Below are positions 36,112-45,610 of a stretch of DNA of 64,000 nucleotides, piece after piece; the first letter of the stretch is position 1, and each line of letters opens with the position of its first letter. This DNA is from Candidatus Poribacteria bacterium (GTDB lineage: Bacteria; Poribacteria; WGA-4E; WGA-3G), in the NCBI GenBank assembly GCA_963663765.2, contig CAXXUA010000004.1:64001-128000 (forward strand). Direction: 5' to 3'. A program made the translations under genes and the position numbers. The notes under the pieces are model-generated. The model was not told the DNA's origin. It saw nothing but the letters and a program-made list of their open reading frames with translations, and searched no databases.

Positions 36112-36975
36112 TTATTTCACAGATTGTGCATTTTTCAAAGATCCCCATGTAGTTGTGAGTTTTTGATGTGGTTCAACACTTAGGGGTTGCGTTATTTCAG
36201 CAAAGTCTGAATCCTCAAAAGCAGAATTATAGACTATAACTTCATCAATTACACCTTCAAACCAGTCTATATTGGTGCCTTCATTTTCACCATCATGATA
36301 GATTGTTTTTTGAAGTACATAGCCTATTGAAGTATCGTTTGTATGGGAATAAAGTTGTCCACCACTTTCCGTATCAGCAAGATTACCATCTAACCACAAT
36401 TCTAATTTATCGTCTTCAACTTTATCGGTAGTGTTGCGAAGGACTAAAGCGACATGATGCCAACGATTTGATTTTATATTTGCAGACATCCAGCTGCCAT
36501 CCCAATTATAGTTTGTGCGATTCCATCCGCCAACATAGACATTACCGTTTTGTACATAAACTGTGAGTCCTTTATTTAAACCACCTTCTTGAAATATCAA
36601 TTGTTTTTCAGTTTTAGATGCGTCAAAACACTTAAAGTATGCAGCAACTGTTCGATCAGTGTAGGGACCGCCAGTGTTGATGAGGTCGTTATCAGGAAAT
36701 TTTATTCCATCGCCTTCTCCATCAAATTCCATTGCTTTACCAACAATCCCATCAACGGCTTCTGGGTTGCCAACGATAGTACCATTAATTTTATTTTTTG
36801 AGGTATCAGTAGCAAAGCCATCTTCAAAGGTTATTGCAATTGCTACCGTTTCTTCATCTCGTTGTGCATCTACTTGAGGTGTAAGTAAGATAGTAAGTAT
36901 GAAACAATTGAGACAAAACATTGTCATTGACAAAAGTTTGTGTTGTTTGACTAATCTTATTGCTTGAGTCATCAC
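36112..36975 (-). CDS. Secreted LamG/concanavalin-like domain protein with TTxWGxLK C-terminus
   Basis: GKAMEFDG, WHHVALV, GVIDEVIVYN and VEPHQKLTTTWGSLK motifs. Confidence 0.88.
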   Translation of the reverse strand: MMTQAIRLVKQHKLLSMTMFCLNCFILTILLTPQVDAQRDEETVAIAITFEDGFATDTSKNKINGTIVGNPEAVDGIVGKAMEFDGEGDGIKFPDNDLINTGGPYTDRTVAAYFKCFDASKTEKQLIFQEGGLNKGLTVYVQNGNVYVGGWNRTNYNWDGSWMSANIKSNRWHHVALVLRNTTDKVEDDKLELWLDGNLADTESGGQLYSHTNDTSIGYVLQKTIYHDGENEGTNIDWFEGVIDEVIVYNSAFEDSDFAEITQPLSVEPHQKLTTTWGSLKNAQSVK

Positions 36976-37070
36976 TACAACTCCTTTGGAACAAATATTT
37001 GTAGTTCCATTCGTATTTTTTTAGAAACTGAAGTTAGAAACCTTTTATAATTATTACCATTTTGCAAATA

Positions 37071-37958
37071 TTAATCAATATTTTTTATTTTTGAACGCGG
37101 TCGTACGACTCTGAATCCGACTGTATGTGATGATTCCAACGGATAAAAGTGTGACCGTAAAGCTGCACGTAGAAATATGCTCCCGCCATCCCACGCTCCA
37201 CCACGAATTACTCGCGGTCTTAATACATCTCTGTAAATTAAATTCAATGGATTTTGCTTGTTACCCTTGCTGTTTTTTTGATAGTAATCTGGGTCAAATT
37301 CATCAAGGCACCATTCCCAAACATTTCCAGCAAGATCGGCAATACCATCAGGAGAGTTTCCGTTAGGAAATTGTCCCACCGGTGTCGGACGGTTGTAGCG
37401 TTTACCGAAATTAGCATGATGTCGTATTTTTGGGATTTCATCACCCCATGGATAAATTCTTCTATTGATGCCGCGAGCTGCGCGTTCCCACTGTGCTTCA
37501 GTTGGCAAACTGGCTCCTATCCATTCTGCAAACGCTTGTGCGTCAAACCATGTCACGCCGACAACAGGTTGTGTATCATTGTTGAAGTTATCATCATTCC
37601 ATATCTCTTGACCTTGTAGTCCTTTAGGTGAAGGTCGTCCTGTTGCATGTATAAAAGCTCGGTACTGTGCATTAGTGATTTCATATTTTGATATCTGATA
37701 TGAGGATAGATTAACTTTGTGTTGTGGTACCTCTGTATGAAAGTTCTGTTTTTCAAGGAGCGAAGTTCTTAATAATGCTTCTTTGTATGCGGCATCTGCT
37801 TCTTCCGGAGTTGACCCCATCAGAAACTCACCGATTGGAATTGTAACCCATTCTATTGTGTCAAATATCTTTTTTGCATCTGGGTGTACATCAGCTGTTA
37901 TATTACAGAAGAGTATGGTGAATATAAAAGAAAGAATTGTAAGACAAAAGAAGCGCAT
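37071..37958 (-). CDS. Formylglycine-generating enzyme (FGE-sulfatase/SUMF1) family protein
   Basis: F.MGS, YEITNAQY, LPTEAQWERAARG, DLAGNVWEW, RGGAW and GFRVV motifs. Confidence 0.93.
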   Translation of the reverse strand: MRFFCLTILSFIFTILFCNITADVHPDAKKIFDTIEWVTIPIGEFLMGSTPEEADAAYKEALLRTSLLEKQNFHTEVPQHKVNLSSYQISKYEITNAQYRAFIHATGRPSPKGLQGQEIWNDDNFNNDTQPVVGVTWFDAQAFAEWIGASLPTEAQWERAARGINRRIYPWGDEIPKIRHHANFGKRYNRPTPVGQFPNGNSPDGIADLAGNVWEWCLDEFDPDYYQKNSKGNKQNPLNLIYRDVLRPRVIRGGAWDGGSIFLRAALRSHFYPLESSHTVGFRVVRPRSKIKNID

Positions 37959-37966
37959 GTTCCGTT

Positions 37967-38557
37967 CTACTTAGGATTTTCTAAGACAGCTATGTACGGT
38001 AGATTTCGGTGTGACTGTGCATAATCAAGTCCATAACCGACAACAAAGACGTTCGGTATTTCAAAGCCAAAATAGTCTATTTTAACCGCAACTTCCCGAC
38101 GATGTGGTTTATCAAGAAGCGTACAAATTTTGATGGATTTTGGATTTAATTTTTGTAAGTGTTCCGTGAGAAGTTTCAATGTTTGACCGGTGTCAATAAT
38201 ATCTTCAACTATAAGAACATTTCTATGTTTAACATATTCACTTCCAGCGGAAATGAATTGAATTTCTTTTGATGGTATAGTACTATCATTATAACTGGAT
38301 GTCTGCAGGAACTCAAATCTTAATGGTATTGATATTTCTCTTGCAAGATCTGCCAAAAAAAACGCTGCTCCTCGCAAGACACATATAAGAACAAGTTCTT
38401 GGTTTTCATAGTCTTGTGAAATTTGTTTACCGAGTTCACGGATGCGGTTCTGTATCTGTTTTTTAGTATACAGAACAGAATTAGGATATGGTTCTGCTTT
38501 TTTCATATTGTAAGTGGAGACACCTTTTTGTTGTATTTTGGATTCTAAATTTTTCAT
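37967..38557 (-). CDS. hpt: Hypoxanthine phosphoribosyltransferase
   Basis: VLIVEDIIDTG.TL, LLDK and FVVGYGLDY motifs; alternative start at 38506. Confidence 0.95.
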   Translation of the reverse strand: MKNLESKIQQKGVSTYNMKKAEPYPNSVLYTKKQIQNRIRELGKQISQDYENQELVLICVLRGAAFFLADLAREISIPLRFEFLQTSSYNDSTIPSKEIQFISAGSEYVKHRNVLIVEDIIDTGQTLKLLTEHLQKLNPKSIKICTLLDKPHRREVAVKIDYFGFEIPNVFVVGYGLDYAQSHRNLPYIAVLENPK

Positions 38558-39896
38558 TGGTGTTAAAACCTATGACCCACATTAATTCATCACCACTTAT
38601 GAGCAATGGGATACGATTACGTTGATCTTGTGGAACTTTTTTATCAATAAAATAGTCCTTGACCTTCTTTGTTCCCTGCATTCCAAAAGGTTGAAATCGG
38701 TCACCTTGTCGTCTATTGCGAACAGATAGTGGATAGTTTATTTTACTACAATCAAACATTGCTTCATTGACACCGTCAGGTATAGAAGGAACACAGTCTG
38801 TTGCCATATCAACAAAAGTAACAGTGATTACAGCATTTGGAATAGAAAGAATAGTTTTACCAGGTATGTTTAGAATGTACTCAAAATCATTGAACTTATC
38901 AGAAGTTCTTTCAAAAATAAGTTCTTGATAGGCGCGTTTAAAAGTGAACTCGTCACGCAATGTGAATTTTGCATTCGGTTTCTCCCCGTGAATAATGTCA
39001 AGTATTGTTTGGCAATGGTCATAGGAGATGTCATTGAGTTGTCCCATTATGTCAGAGATTGCATATCTTAGAATCCGTCTCTGCAATGCAATGTGGTTTT
39101 GTTGGAATTTCTGACGATTTAAAACTATTGAAGCAGGATTGGAGTCTGTTTGTTTACATTCTGTATAAGTCTGTTGAGCGATAGTTTCAAGATATTCCGT
39201 TTCACTTCCTAAAATTTCTGCAGTGCGACATAATCCATTTTTTATATTTGGATTATAATCTTGTTCAAGAATGGGAATTAACTCGTGTCGGATTCGGTTT
39301 CGTAAAAATTGTTTGTCTGTATTTGTTGGGTCTTCTTTCGTAACAATATCAATAGACTTGAGATATGTTTCAATATCTTTCCGTGTGAATGTAGCAAGGG
39401 GTCTAATGTATTTACCATCTCTGATAGGAGCAATTCCCTTCAACCCGGTGCTGCCAGTACCACGGATGAGATTCATCAAGACCGTTTCAGCAATATCGTC
39501 TTTGTGATGTCCAAGTGCTACTTTGGTTGCCCCTGTTTTTGCACAAGTTGTTTCATAGAATTCGTACCGAACTTTTCGTGCAGCTGCCTCAATAGATAGT
39601 TTCCATTCTTTACTTAATTGCGAAACATCAATGGTGTGTAAGGAAAAGGAAATTTCTAATCGTGATGCATGTTTGCGAACATATTCTGCATCATTTGCAG
39701 AATCATGTCTGAGTGAATGATCAATATGAACTACGTGGAGATTGCAATTCAGTTGAGATTGTAGTGCATGCAGCCCATTTAGGAGTGCCATGGAATCAGC
39801 ACCTCCTGATACAGCGATGAGAACGGTATCACCATTCTCAATCATGGCATGTTTTTTTATGAAGCGATAGAGATTTTGCACAAAACGGGAGTTCAT
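38481..39896 (-). CDS. tilS: tRNA(Ile)-lysidine synthetase
   Basis: SGGADS, E.AAR..RY, H..DD.AET, RN.IRH and TilS C-terminal domain. Confidence 0.96.
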   Translation of the reverse strand: MNSRFVQNLYRFIKKHAMIENGDTVLIAVSGGADSMALLNGLHALQSQLNCNLHVVHIDHSLRHDSANDAEYVRKHASRLEISFSLHTIDVSQLSKEWKLSIEAAARKVRYEFYETTCAKTGATKVALGHHKDDIAETVLMNLIRGTGSTGLKGIAPIRDGKYIRPLATFTRKDIETYLKSIDIVTKEDPTNTDKQFLRNRIRHELIPILEQDYNPNIKNGLCRTAEILGSETEYLETIAQQTYTECKQTDSNPASIVLNRQKFQQNHIALQRRILRYAISDIMGQLNDISYDHCQTILDIIHGEKPNAKFTLRDEFTFKRAYQELIFERTSDKFNDFEYILNIPGKTILSIPNAVITVTFVDMATDCVPSIPDGVNEAMFDCSKINYPLSVRNRRQGDRFQPFGMQGTKKVKDYFIDKKVPQDQRNRIPLLISGDELMWVIGFNTNEKFRIQNTTKRCLHLQYEKSRTIS

Positions 39897-39919
39897 GAGG
39901 GTAGACCTTCAAAGAACGA

Positions 39920-39991
39920 TGCCGGTGCGGAGAGTCGAACTCCGGACCACACGATTATGAGTCGTGCGCTCTACCACTGAGCTACACCGGC
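39920..39991 (-). tRNA. tRNA with CAU anticodon (Ile2 or elongator Met); CCA not encoded
   Basis: Cloverleaf GCCGGTG...CACGA-CTCATAA-TCGTG...GTTCGAC...CACCGGCA. The G1:C72 pair argues against initiator tRNA. Confidence 0.93.
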
Positions 39992-40017
39992 AAAATAGTA
40001 GAGAAGTCTATAAAATT

Positions 40018-40046
40018 AGTATACCATATATATTGACAAATGTCAA
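40018..40046 (-). promoter_or_regulatory. Sigma70 promoter for tRNA-tilS-hpt
   Basis: TTGACA-17nt-TATACT with an extended TG. Confidence 0.7.
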
Positions 40047-40221
40047 ATAATAGAGGCATTCAAATGTCACGATGAATCTTTGTTGGAGGACAGTTCAACA
40101 ATTAGTTGATTTCTTGATTTAGAGATTCTGACTACACCATGTCAAATATTTTACAGACATATCAAAAACATCAAATGATACCATTTTCATGTGATAATGT
40201 CTCATTAGTAGCGGAAATCTG

Positions 40222-40263
40222 GTAGGAGCGACCTCACGGTCGCGACCGGGAGGTCGCTCCTAC
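40222..40263. repeat. GTAG-type REP palindrome
   Basis: GTAGGAGCGACCTC...GAGGTCGCTCCTAC; related sequence at 48303. Confidence 0.75.
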
Positions 40264-40449
40264 CGAAGAGAGTAACCCCCTGCCAGTAAATAGTAGAATT
40301 ACTTAATGAGACAAGATTTATTTGAATTGGTATGAAAAGAACTTTACACACCCTATAATACACCCTGCAGATGGAGTGTTTGGAAAATACTGGTTCAGAC
40401 ATAATCAAAAATATTTGCACACCCAAAAATACCAAAATACCACATCAAT

Positions 40450-40478
40450 TTGACAATTGTATCAGTTGATGTTAAAAT
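40450..40478 (+). promoter_or_regulatory. Sigma70 promoter for the GGGPS-grpE-dnaJ operon
   Basis: TTGACA-17nt-TAAAAT with an extended TG. Confidence 0.6.
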
Positions 40479-40561
40479 TATTGAGTTGCGATAGAAATAT
40501 AAAGTCAGTAAGATGGTAACTGTATTATAGACTCGTTACACCAGAAAAGGAATCACTGCAT

Positions 40562-41308
40562 TTGGCAAGAAGTTGTGTCCTAAATTATCTTCATGAGGTG
40601 CTTAATAAGCGAAAAGCGGGTTATCTCGTTCTAATTGACCCTGAGGAATGTGAGTTGGAAGCGTGCGCTAAGCTTGCATGTGAAGTTGAACGTGCAGGGG
40701 CTGATGCACTCTTGCTTGGAGGAAGTTTGTTGACAAGAGACCTTCATCCAATTGCAGCGTCACTGAAGGAGAAAACGTCGCTACCAATCATATTGTTTCC
40801 AGGTGATTCTATGCATCTTACGCCTCATGCTGATGCTATCTTGTATACGAGCCTGATAAGTGGACGAAATCCGAACTACCTAATCGGTGAACAGGTAAAA
40901 GCAGCGCCTTGGATACAACGGTATGGGTTGCAAGCTATACCAACTGGTTATATTCTCATTGATGGTGGTAATAGGACTGCTGTGGAATTTATGAGTGGAA
41001 CAGCACCTATACCCAGAGACAAACCTGATATTGCTTGGCCTCATGCATTAGCTGCACAATACTTGGGGATGCAGCTCGTCTATTTAGAGGCTGGCAGTGG
41101 TGCAGAACTTCCCGTAGCAAATACGATGATATCCACTGTCAACACACATATAGATATTCCAATTATTGTTGGTGGTGGCATTAGAACACCGGAAATCGCT
41201 GCGGAGAAAGTAAATGCAGGTGCTGATTTTATTGTAACAGGGAACATTATTGAAAATAGTGGATCCTTTGAACTTATGAAGCAGTTCGCAGATGCTGTTC
41301 ATGGATAA
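40562..41308 (+). CDS. Geranylgeranylglyceryl/heptaprenylglyceryl phosphate synthase (PcrB/GGGPS family)
   Basis: VLIDP, GGS, LFPG, SLISGRNP.YLIG, YLEAGSGA and VGGGIR motifs. Confidence 0.92.
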   Translation: MARSCVLNYLHEVLNKRKAGYLVLIDPEECELEACAKLACEVERAGADALLLGGSLLTRDLHPIAASLKEKTSLPIILFPGDSMHLTPHADAILYTSLISGRNPNYLIGEQVKAAPWIQRYGLQAIPTGYILIDGGNRTAVEFMSGTAPIPRDKPDIAWPHALAAQYLGMQLVYLEAGSGAELPVANTMISTVNTHIDIPIIVGGGIRTPEIAAEKVNAGADFIVTGNIIENSGSFELMKQFADAVHG

Positions 41309-41353
41309 TTAAAAACATAGATTATATTTTGACATGAAAAGAGGTAATTCATA

Positions 41354-42085
41354 GTGTCTGATAATAATGAAGTAGTAATAGAAATTGAGACGGATGAAGA
41401 AAAAACGGACAAACCGGAATTTTTAATTGATGATTCTGAATCTGAGGAGGAATCAGAAACATCGTCAGAAACAGAAGAACGTACACTTGAAACCGTTGAA
41501 GCAGAGCTTGAAGCAGTAAAAGAAGATTTCAAAAAACAACTTGAAGAAGTAGCTGAATCGGAACGTGAACAATTTGAGGAAGAACGTGAACGTTTGCTTC
41601 GTACAGCCGCAGAAGCAGAAAATGCCAAGAGACGTATCGAAAGCGAAGCAGAAAAACATCTCAAATTTGCTAACAGGAGTCTCATTGAAGGTCTCATTCC
41701 AGTATTGGATAGTCTTGAAGCTGCCATCAAGAGTGTTGATGAAAAAGTTGAGACAGACGAAGCAACCTCAGACATAACAACATTTAGAGATGGAGTAGAA
41801 TTGGTTCAAAAACAGTTCATGGATGTGCTTAGAATACAGGGTCTCACACAGATTGAATCTTCTTCCAAGAAATTTGACCCTAATAAACATGAAGCGGTGT
41901 TTGCCACTGATTCCGAGGATGTGCCTGATGGAGAAATAATTGAAGAATTTAGGTGCGGTTATCAATTGCATGATCAAATTATCCGTGCGGCACAAGTAGT
42001 GGTATCAAAAGGAAAAGCAGAGAAAGAAATTCCCATAGAAATAGTTGATAATCAGAAACAGAAAAACGGTTCCGAAGAAGAATAA
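41354..42085 (+). CDS. grpE: Nucleotide exchange factor GrpE
   Basis: R..AE.EN..RR, FDP..HEA and GY.L....IR.A.V.V motifs. Confidence 0.95.
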   Translation: MSDNNEVVIEIETDEEKTDKPEFLIDDSESEEESETSSETEERTLETVEAELEAVKEDFKKQLEEVAESEREQFEEERERLLRTAAEAENAKRRIESEAEKHLKFANRSLIEGLIPVLDSLEAAIKSVDEKVETDEATSDITTFRDGVELVQKQFMDVLRIQGLTQIESSSKKFDPNKHEAVFATDSEDVPDGEIIEEFRCGYQLHDQIIRAAQVVVSKGKAEKEIPIEIVDNQKQKNGSEEE

Positions 42086-42118
42086 AAATACAAATCTATA
42101 ACGATGGTAGGTAGATAG

Positions 42119-43237
42119 ATGGTTCAAAAACGAGATTACTATGAAATCTTGAATGTAAACCGGGATGCAGATGAGGATATGATAAAGAAAGCATACCGTA
42201 AATTAGCGATAAAATATCATCCAGACAAGAATCCTGACGATAAAGATGCAGAAGAGAAGTTTAAAGAAGCGACCGAAGCCTATGATGTCCTGAAAACCCC
42301 AGAGAAACGGGAACGGTATGATCAGTTTGGTCATGCGGGTCTTGAGGGAGTATCATCTAGTGGTTATGGATTTGGTATTGATTTTGATGAAATCATCAGA
42401 GAGGTATTCGGTGATGTTTTTGGTGGTTCTCGTAGAACGCGCCAACAGAGACCTAAACAGGGACGTGATCTACAGACAAAAATAGAGATTTCGCTTGAGG
42501 ATGCTTACAATGGACGAGAAGTAACTCTTGAGATTCCGCGTATAGAATCCTGTCCAGAATGTAGCGGTAGTGGTGCGGAAAGTGGGACAACAGTTGATAC
42601 GTGTCCCCAGTGCAATGGACGTGGTCAAGTGACTCAATCTCAAGGATTCTTCATGATGACTCGAACATGTCCTCGTTGTCGTGGTGAAGGGCAGATCATC
42701 CTTACCCCTTGCAGGAAATGCAATGGACAGGGCAGGATAAGAGTTGAACGTGAGATAAAAGTGGCTGTGGACAGAGGCGTTGACAATGGTTTTGAATATA
42801 GGATTCGTGGAGAGGGAGAGGCAGGCGTGCTTGGTGGACCTCCTGGTGATCTCCATGTTGTTGTAATGGTCAAACCTCACTCCCAGTTCAAACGTGATAG
42901 TAACGATTTGATCACAACAACAAAAATAACATTTGTTCAAGCTGCTCTTGGGTGTTCCATAGAGGTAAACGGGATTGATGGTCGTCATGAGTTATCTATA
43001 CCTGCAGGCACTCAGTTTGGGGATCTGCTACGGATTCCTGGAAAAGGAATGCCGAGATATAGAAGTTCCAGTTTTGGAGATCTTATTGTTCAAGTCGGGA
43101 TTGAAACACCACGGAACCTTAATGAAGAAGAACAGAGTTTGTTAGAACAATTTGCTGGACTACGTGGCGAATCTACTAAATCGGGTCATGGAAGTTTCTG
43201 GGACAAATTATTTCATCTAAACGACGATGAAGAATAA
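42119..43237 (+). CDS. dnaJ: Chaperone DnaJ
   Basis: J-domain HPD and four CxxCxGxG repeats. Confidence 0.97.
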   Translation: MVQKRDYYEILNVNRDADEDMIKKAYRKLAIKYHPDKNPDDKDAEEKFKEATEAYDVLKTPEKRERYDQFGHAGLEGVSSSGYGFGIDFDEIIREVFGDVFGGSRRTRQQRPKQGRDLQTKIEISLEDAYNGREVTLEIPRIESCPECSGSGAESGTTVDTCPQCNGRGQVTQSQGFFMMTRTCPRCRGEGQIILTPCRKCNGQGRIRVEREIKVAVDRGVDNGFEYRIRGEGEAGVLGGPPGDLHVVVMVKPHSQFKRDSNDLITTTKITFVQAALGCSIEVNGIDGRHELSIPAGTQFGDLLRIPGKGMPRYRSSSFGDLIVQVGIETPRNLNEEEQSLLEQFAGLRGESTKSGHGSFWDKLFHLNDDEE

Positions 43238-43356
43238 TGGTCAATCTCAGTTGTCTTAAGAACATTGGACATTATAACGAATTAAAAGTAAACCCCATAA
43301 TTACCTACGGTACGCTGTGTGATTTTGGGTAGGTTAACCTTATGCGGGAGTTCAGT

Positions 43357-43421
43357 TTGTAGGTCCAAATCAACGGTATGAATCCCTTATTGGCATTCAT
43401 ACCGTTGATTTGGACCTACAA
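43357..43421. repeat. Perfect 27-bp-arm palindrome (GTAG...CTAC REP containing micro-insert sequence)
   Basis: TTGTAGGTCCAAATCAACGGTATGAAT-11nt-ATTCATACCGTTGATTTGGACCTACAA. Confidence 0.9.
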
Positions 43422-43471
43422 GATAGATTAAATCATTATAATGTCTATTTTGATAATTTACTTATATCACA

Positions 43472-44356
43472 ATGCATTGGACACGTATTACGGTAACGAC
43501 TACTGATCAAGCATCAGAAGCAGTTGCGAATTTTCTTTTTGACATAGACGCTTTTGGTGTTGAACTAAAAGACACTGACGATTCAACTACCAAGCTTATT
43601 GCTTATTATCCGCTTGATGACAGAGTTAACTCCCGAGTTCAGAAAATAAAGGCTTTTCTCACCAAACTTCCATCATGGGGAATCCAAGCACAACCTGCGA
43701 CTATAGACTTAACCCGTGTTGAAGCAGAGGAATGGATAGATGCTTGGAAGTCATCTTTCACTCCACAAAATATTGGAAAACAGCTGCTTGTTGTTCCAAC
43801 TTGGTCCGACATTGCACCAGATGACGAAACAATCATTATACGGCTTGATCCGGGAATGGCGTTTGGCACTGGATACCATCCTACGACACGACTGTCATTA
43901 GCACTATTAGAAAAGACGCTTAGACCTAATCAACTTGTTGCTGATATTGGAACAGGTTCAGGCATCCTTGCGATTACTGCTGTGAAGTTAGGTGCAGAAT
44001 GTGTTGCCGCAACAGAACTTGATCACTCTGCTATACCTATCGCGCAAACTAACTTTGAACTTAATGATGTTGCTGAACAAATTACTGTGTGTCAGGGTGA
44101 TGGTCTAAAGCCTTTGTTGGGGAAATATGACCTGATTGTAGGTAGTATTTTGACCAAAGTAGTGCTGACGATTATTCCTGACTGTCGATCACGACTGCTT
44201 CCTGAAGGCCAGGTAATTTTTTCTGGTATATTAGAAACGGAACTTGGAGTCGTGGAGGAGTCGTTAACAGAACATGGGTTTCAAACGGTAGAAGTAATGC
44301 AGGAAGCGGAGGAAGGTGTTGTGTGGGTTGCTATCTTAGGGCGGGTCTTTAACTAA
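43472..44356 (+). CDS. prmA: Ribosomal protein L11 methyltransferase
   Basis: LDPGMAFGTG.H.TT, D.GTGSGIL and SGIL motifs; follows dnaJ. Confidence 0.96.
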   Translation: MHWTRITVTTTDQASEAVANFLFDIDAFGVELKDTDDSTTKLIAYYPLDDRVNSRVQKIKAFLTKLPSWGIQAQPATIDLTRVEAEEWIDAWKSSFTPQNIGKQLLVVPTWSDIAPDDETIIIRLDPGMAFGTGYHPTTRLSLALLEKTLRPNQLVADIGTGSGILAITAVKLGAECVAATELDHSAIPIAQTNFELNDVAEQITVCQGDGLKPLLGKYDLIVGSILTKVVLTIIPDCRSRLLPEGQVIFSGILETELGVVEESLTEHGFQTVEVMQEAEEGVVWVAILGRVFN

Positions 44357-44593
44357 ACCGTGACATAGGGTGCATCTGCCTAAGTTGAGATGTGGCATCG
44401 TGGGTGATTTTTCGTCACCTATTATATGGCATTTTAGGCATGCGGGTGCTTCAGTAGATTGTTGATGTTCTATAATGTTTGAACGGGCTGGGGCTGCGTT
44501 GAAAAAGAGAATAACCATTACTATTGCATAAATTAGACCAATTACACAGACAATATACATTAAGGTCTTGGGACTTGCTTGATCGGTAGGCAT
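44336..44593 (-). CDS. Small membrane-anchored diheme cytochrome c
   Basis: Transmembrane helix, then H...CLKCH...PH....CTLCH. Confidence 0.75.
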   Translation of the reverse strand: MPTDQASPKTLMYIVCVIGLIYAIVMVILFFNAAPARSNIIEHQQSTEAPACLKCHIIGDEKSPTMPHLNLGRCTLCHGLVKDPP

Positions 44594-44682
44594 TTAATTT
44601 TGAGTAAACTCCTAATCTGGTTTGTTTATTTTACGACTAATAGAATACCTTATTTACACCTGTTGTGCAACCTTAAATGTTC

Positions 44683-44989
44683 CAGGTTTATTCAGTTTTA
44701 AAAGATTTCTGTTATTGAGATTTACTGAAAGTTAATACTCAAATGAGGTTTCCTAACTGCACCTTATACATCAATTTTAGATTATTGAAACATGAACATC
44801 GCTCTTTAGTCCCGTAGGGACGATATGTTTATTCTTCTATGCCGTTCCTACGGAACTCAAGAGAGTTAGATAGCATTTTTCTATAAACATATCGTCCCTA
44901 CGGGACTAAAGACACAGACAAGATGGCAACACATAAAATTAACGTCATAGCAAAAAATCATCAAAAATACCTAAAACTAAATTACCCTG
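44683..44989. mobile_element. MITE family B, copy 2 (inverted relative to copy 1)
   Basis: CAGG(T)TTATTCAGTTTT...AAAACTAAATTACCCTG; perfect 9-bp duplication TAAATGTTC. Confidence 0.85.
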
Positions 44990-45000
44990 TAAATGTTCAG

Positions 45001-45300
45001 GGGATGTGTAAAGTTTTGGTTACTGTGCGTAGGGGCTGGGTCTCCCCGCCCCATAGGCGTCAATTTAAGAAAATATTGTTGACATTTTTCTTGTGGGAGG
45101 GTTTTTCAACCTTGATTTGAGAGGAAAAGCGCATAAATTCGGGGTTGAAAACCCCTCCCACAAGAGGTCAAAATCCTTAAATTGACGCTTATGGGGCGGG
45201 GTCTCCTCGCCCGAATAGAGGTTTTACGCAGGCGAGGAAACCTCGCCTCTACGATGTACACAGTTCCCTAACGTCAAGCAAGCTTTGATAGAAACTTTAG
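45001..45300. mobile_element. MITE family C left part with nested family D copy (45052-45193)
   Basis: Colinear with 33713-33762 plus 34452-34700; a matching right end AAAACTTTACACACCC occurs at 48516-48531. Confidence 0.6.
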
Positions 45301-45610
45301 ATACCTCTTTTATAGTGAAAAATACAATTAACGACTTGTGCTAGTTACAATACCTTCGCCATTTTTGAGTGCTTCAGTTGAATGAGTATATAGTGTTGAT
45401 CTACCATTGCTCTGTGATATTGTTAGGATTACATAAATAAAAATAACTTCAGGTTTTCGTTGAAGTATTTTTATTTATCATAGCGTCTAATTTGACGATA
45501 GAATCTGACAGAATAATTTATATGCACAATCTGGAAGAATGTGCTACAACTGACCACACAATCTGGATGAAGATTAATTTATTAATCGGGTAATAAATAT
45601 TTTTCAGATG

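Noticed and set aside
40440-41354. CIRCE element upstream of grpE-dnaJ
   Set aside because: No TTAGCACTC-N9-GAGTGCTAA seen.
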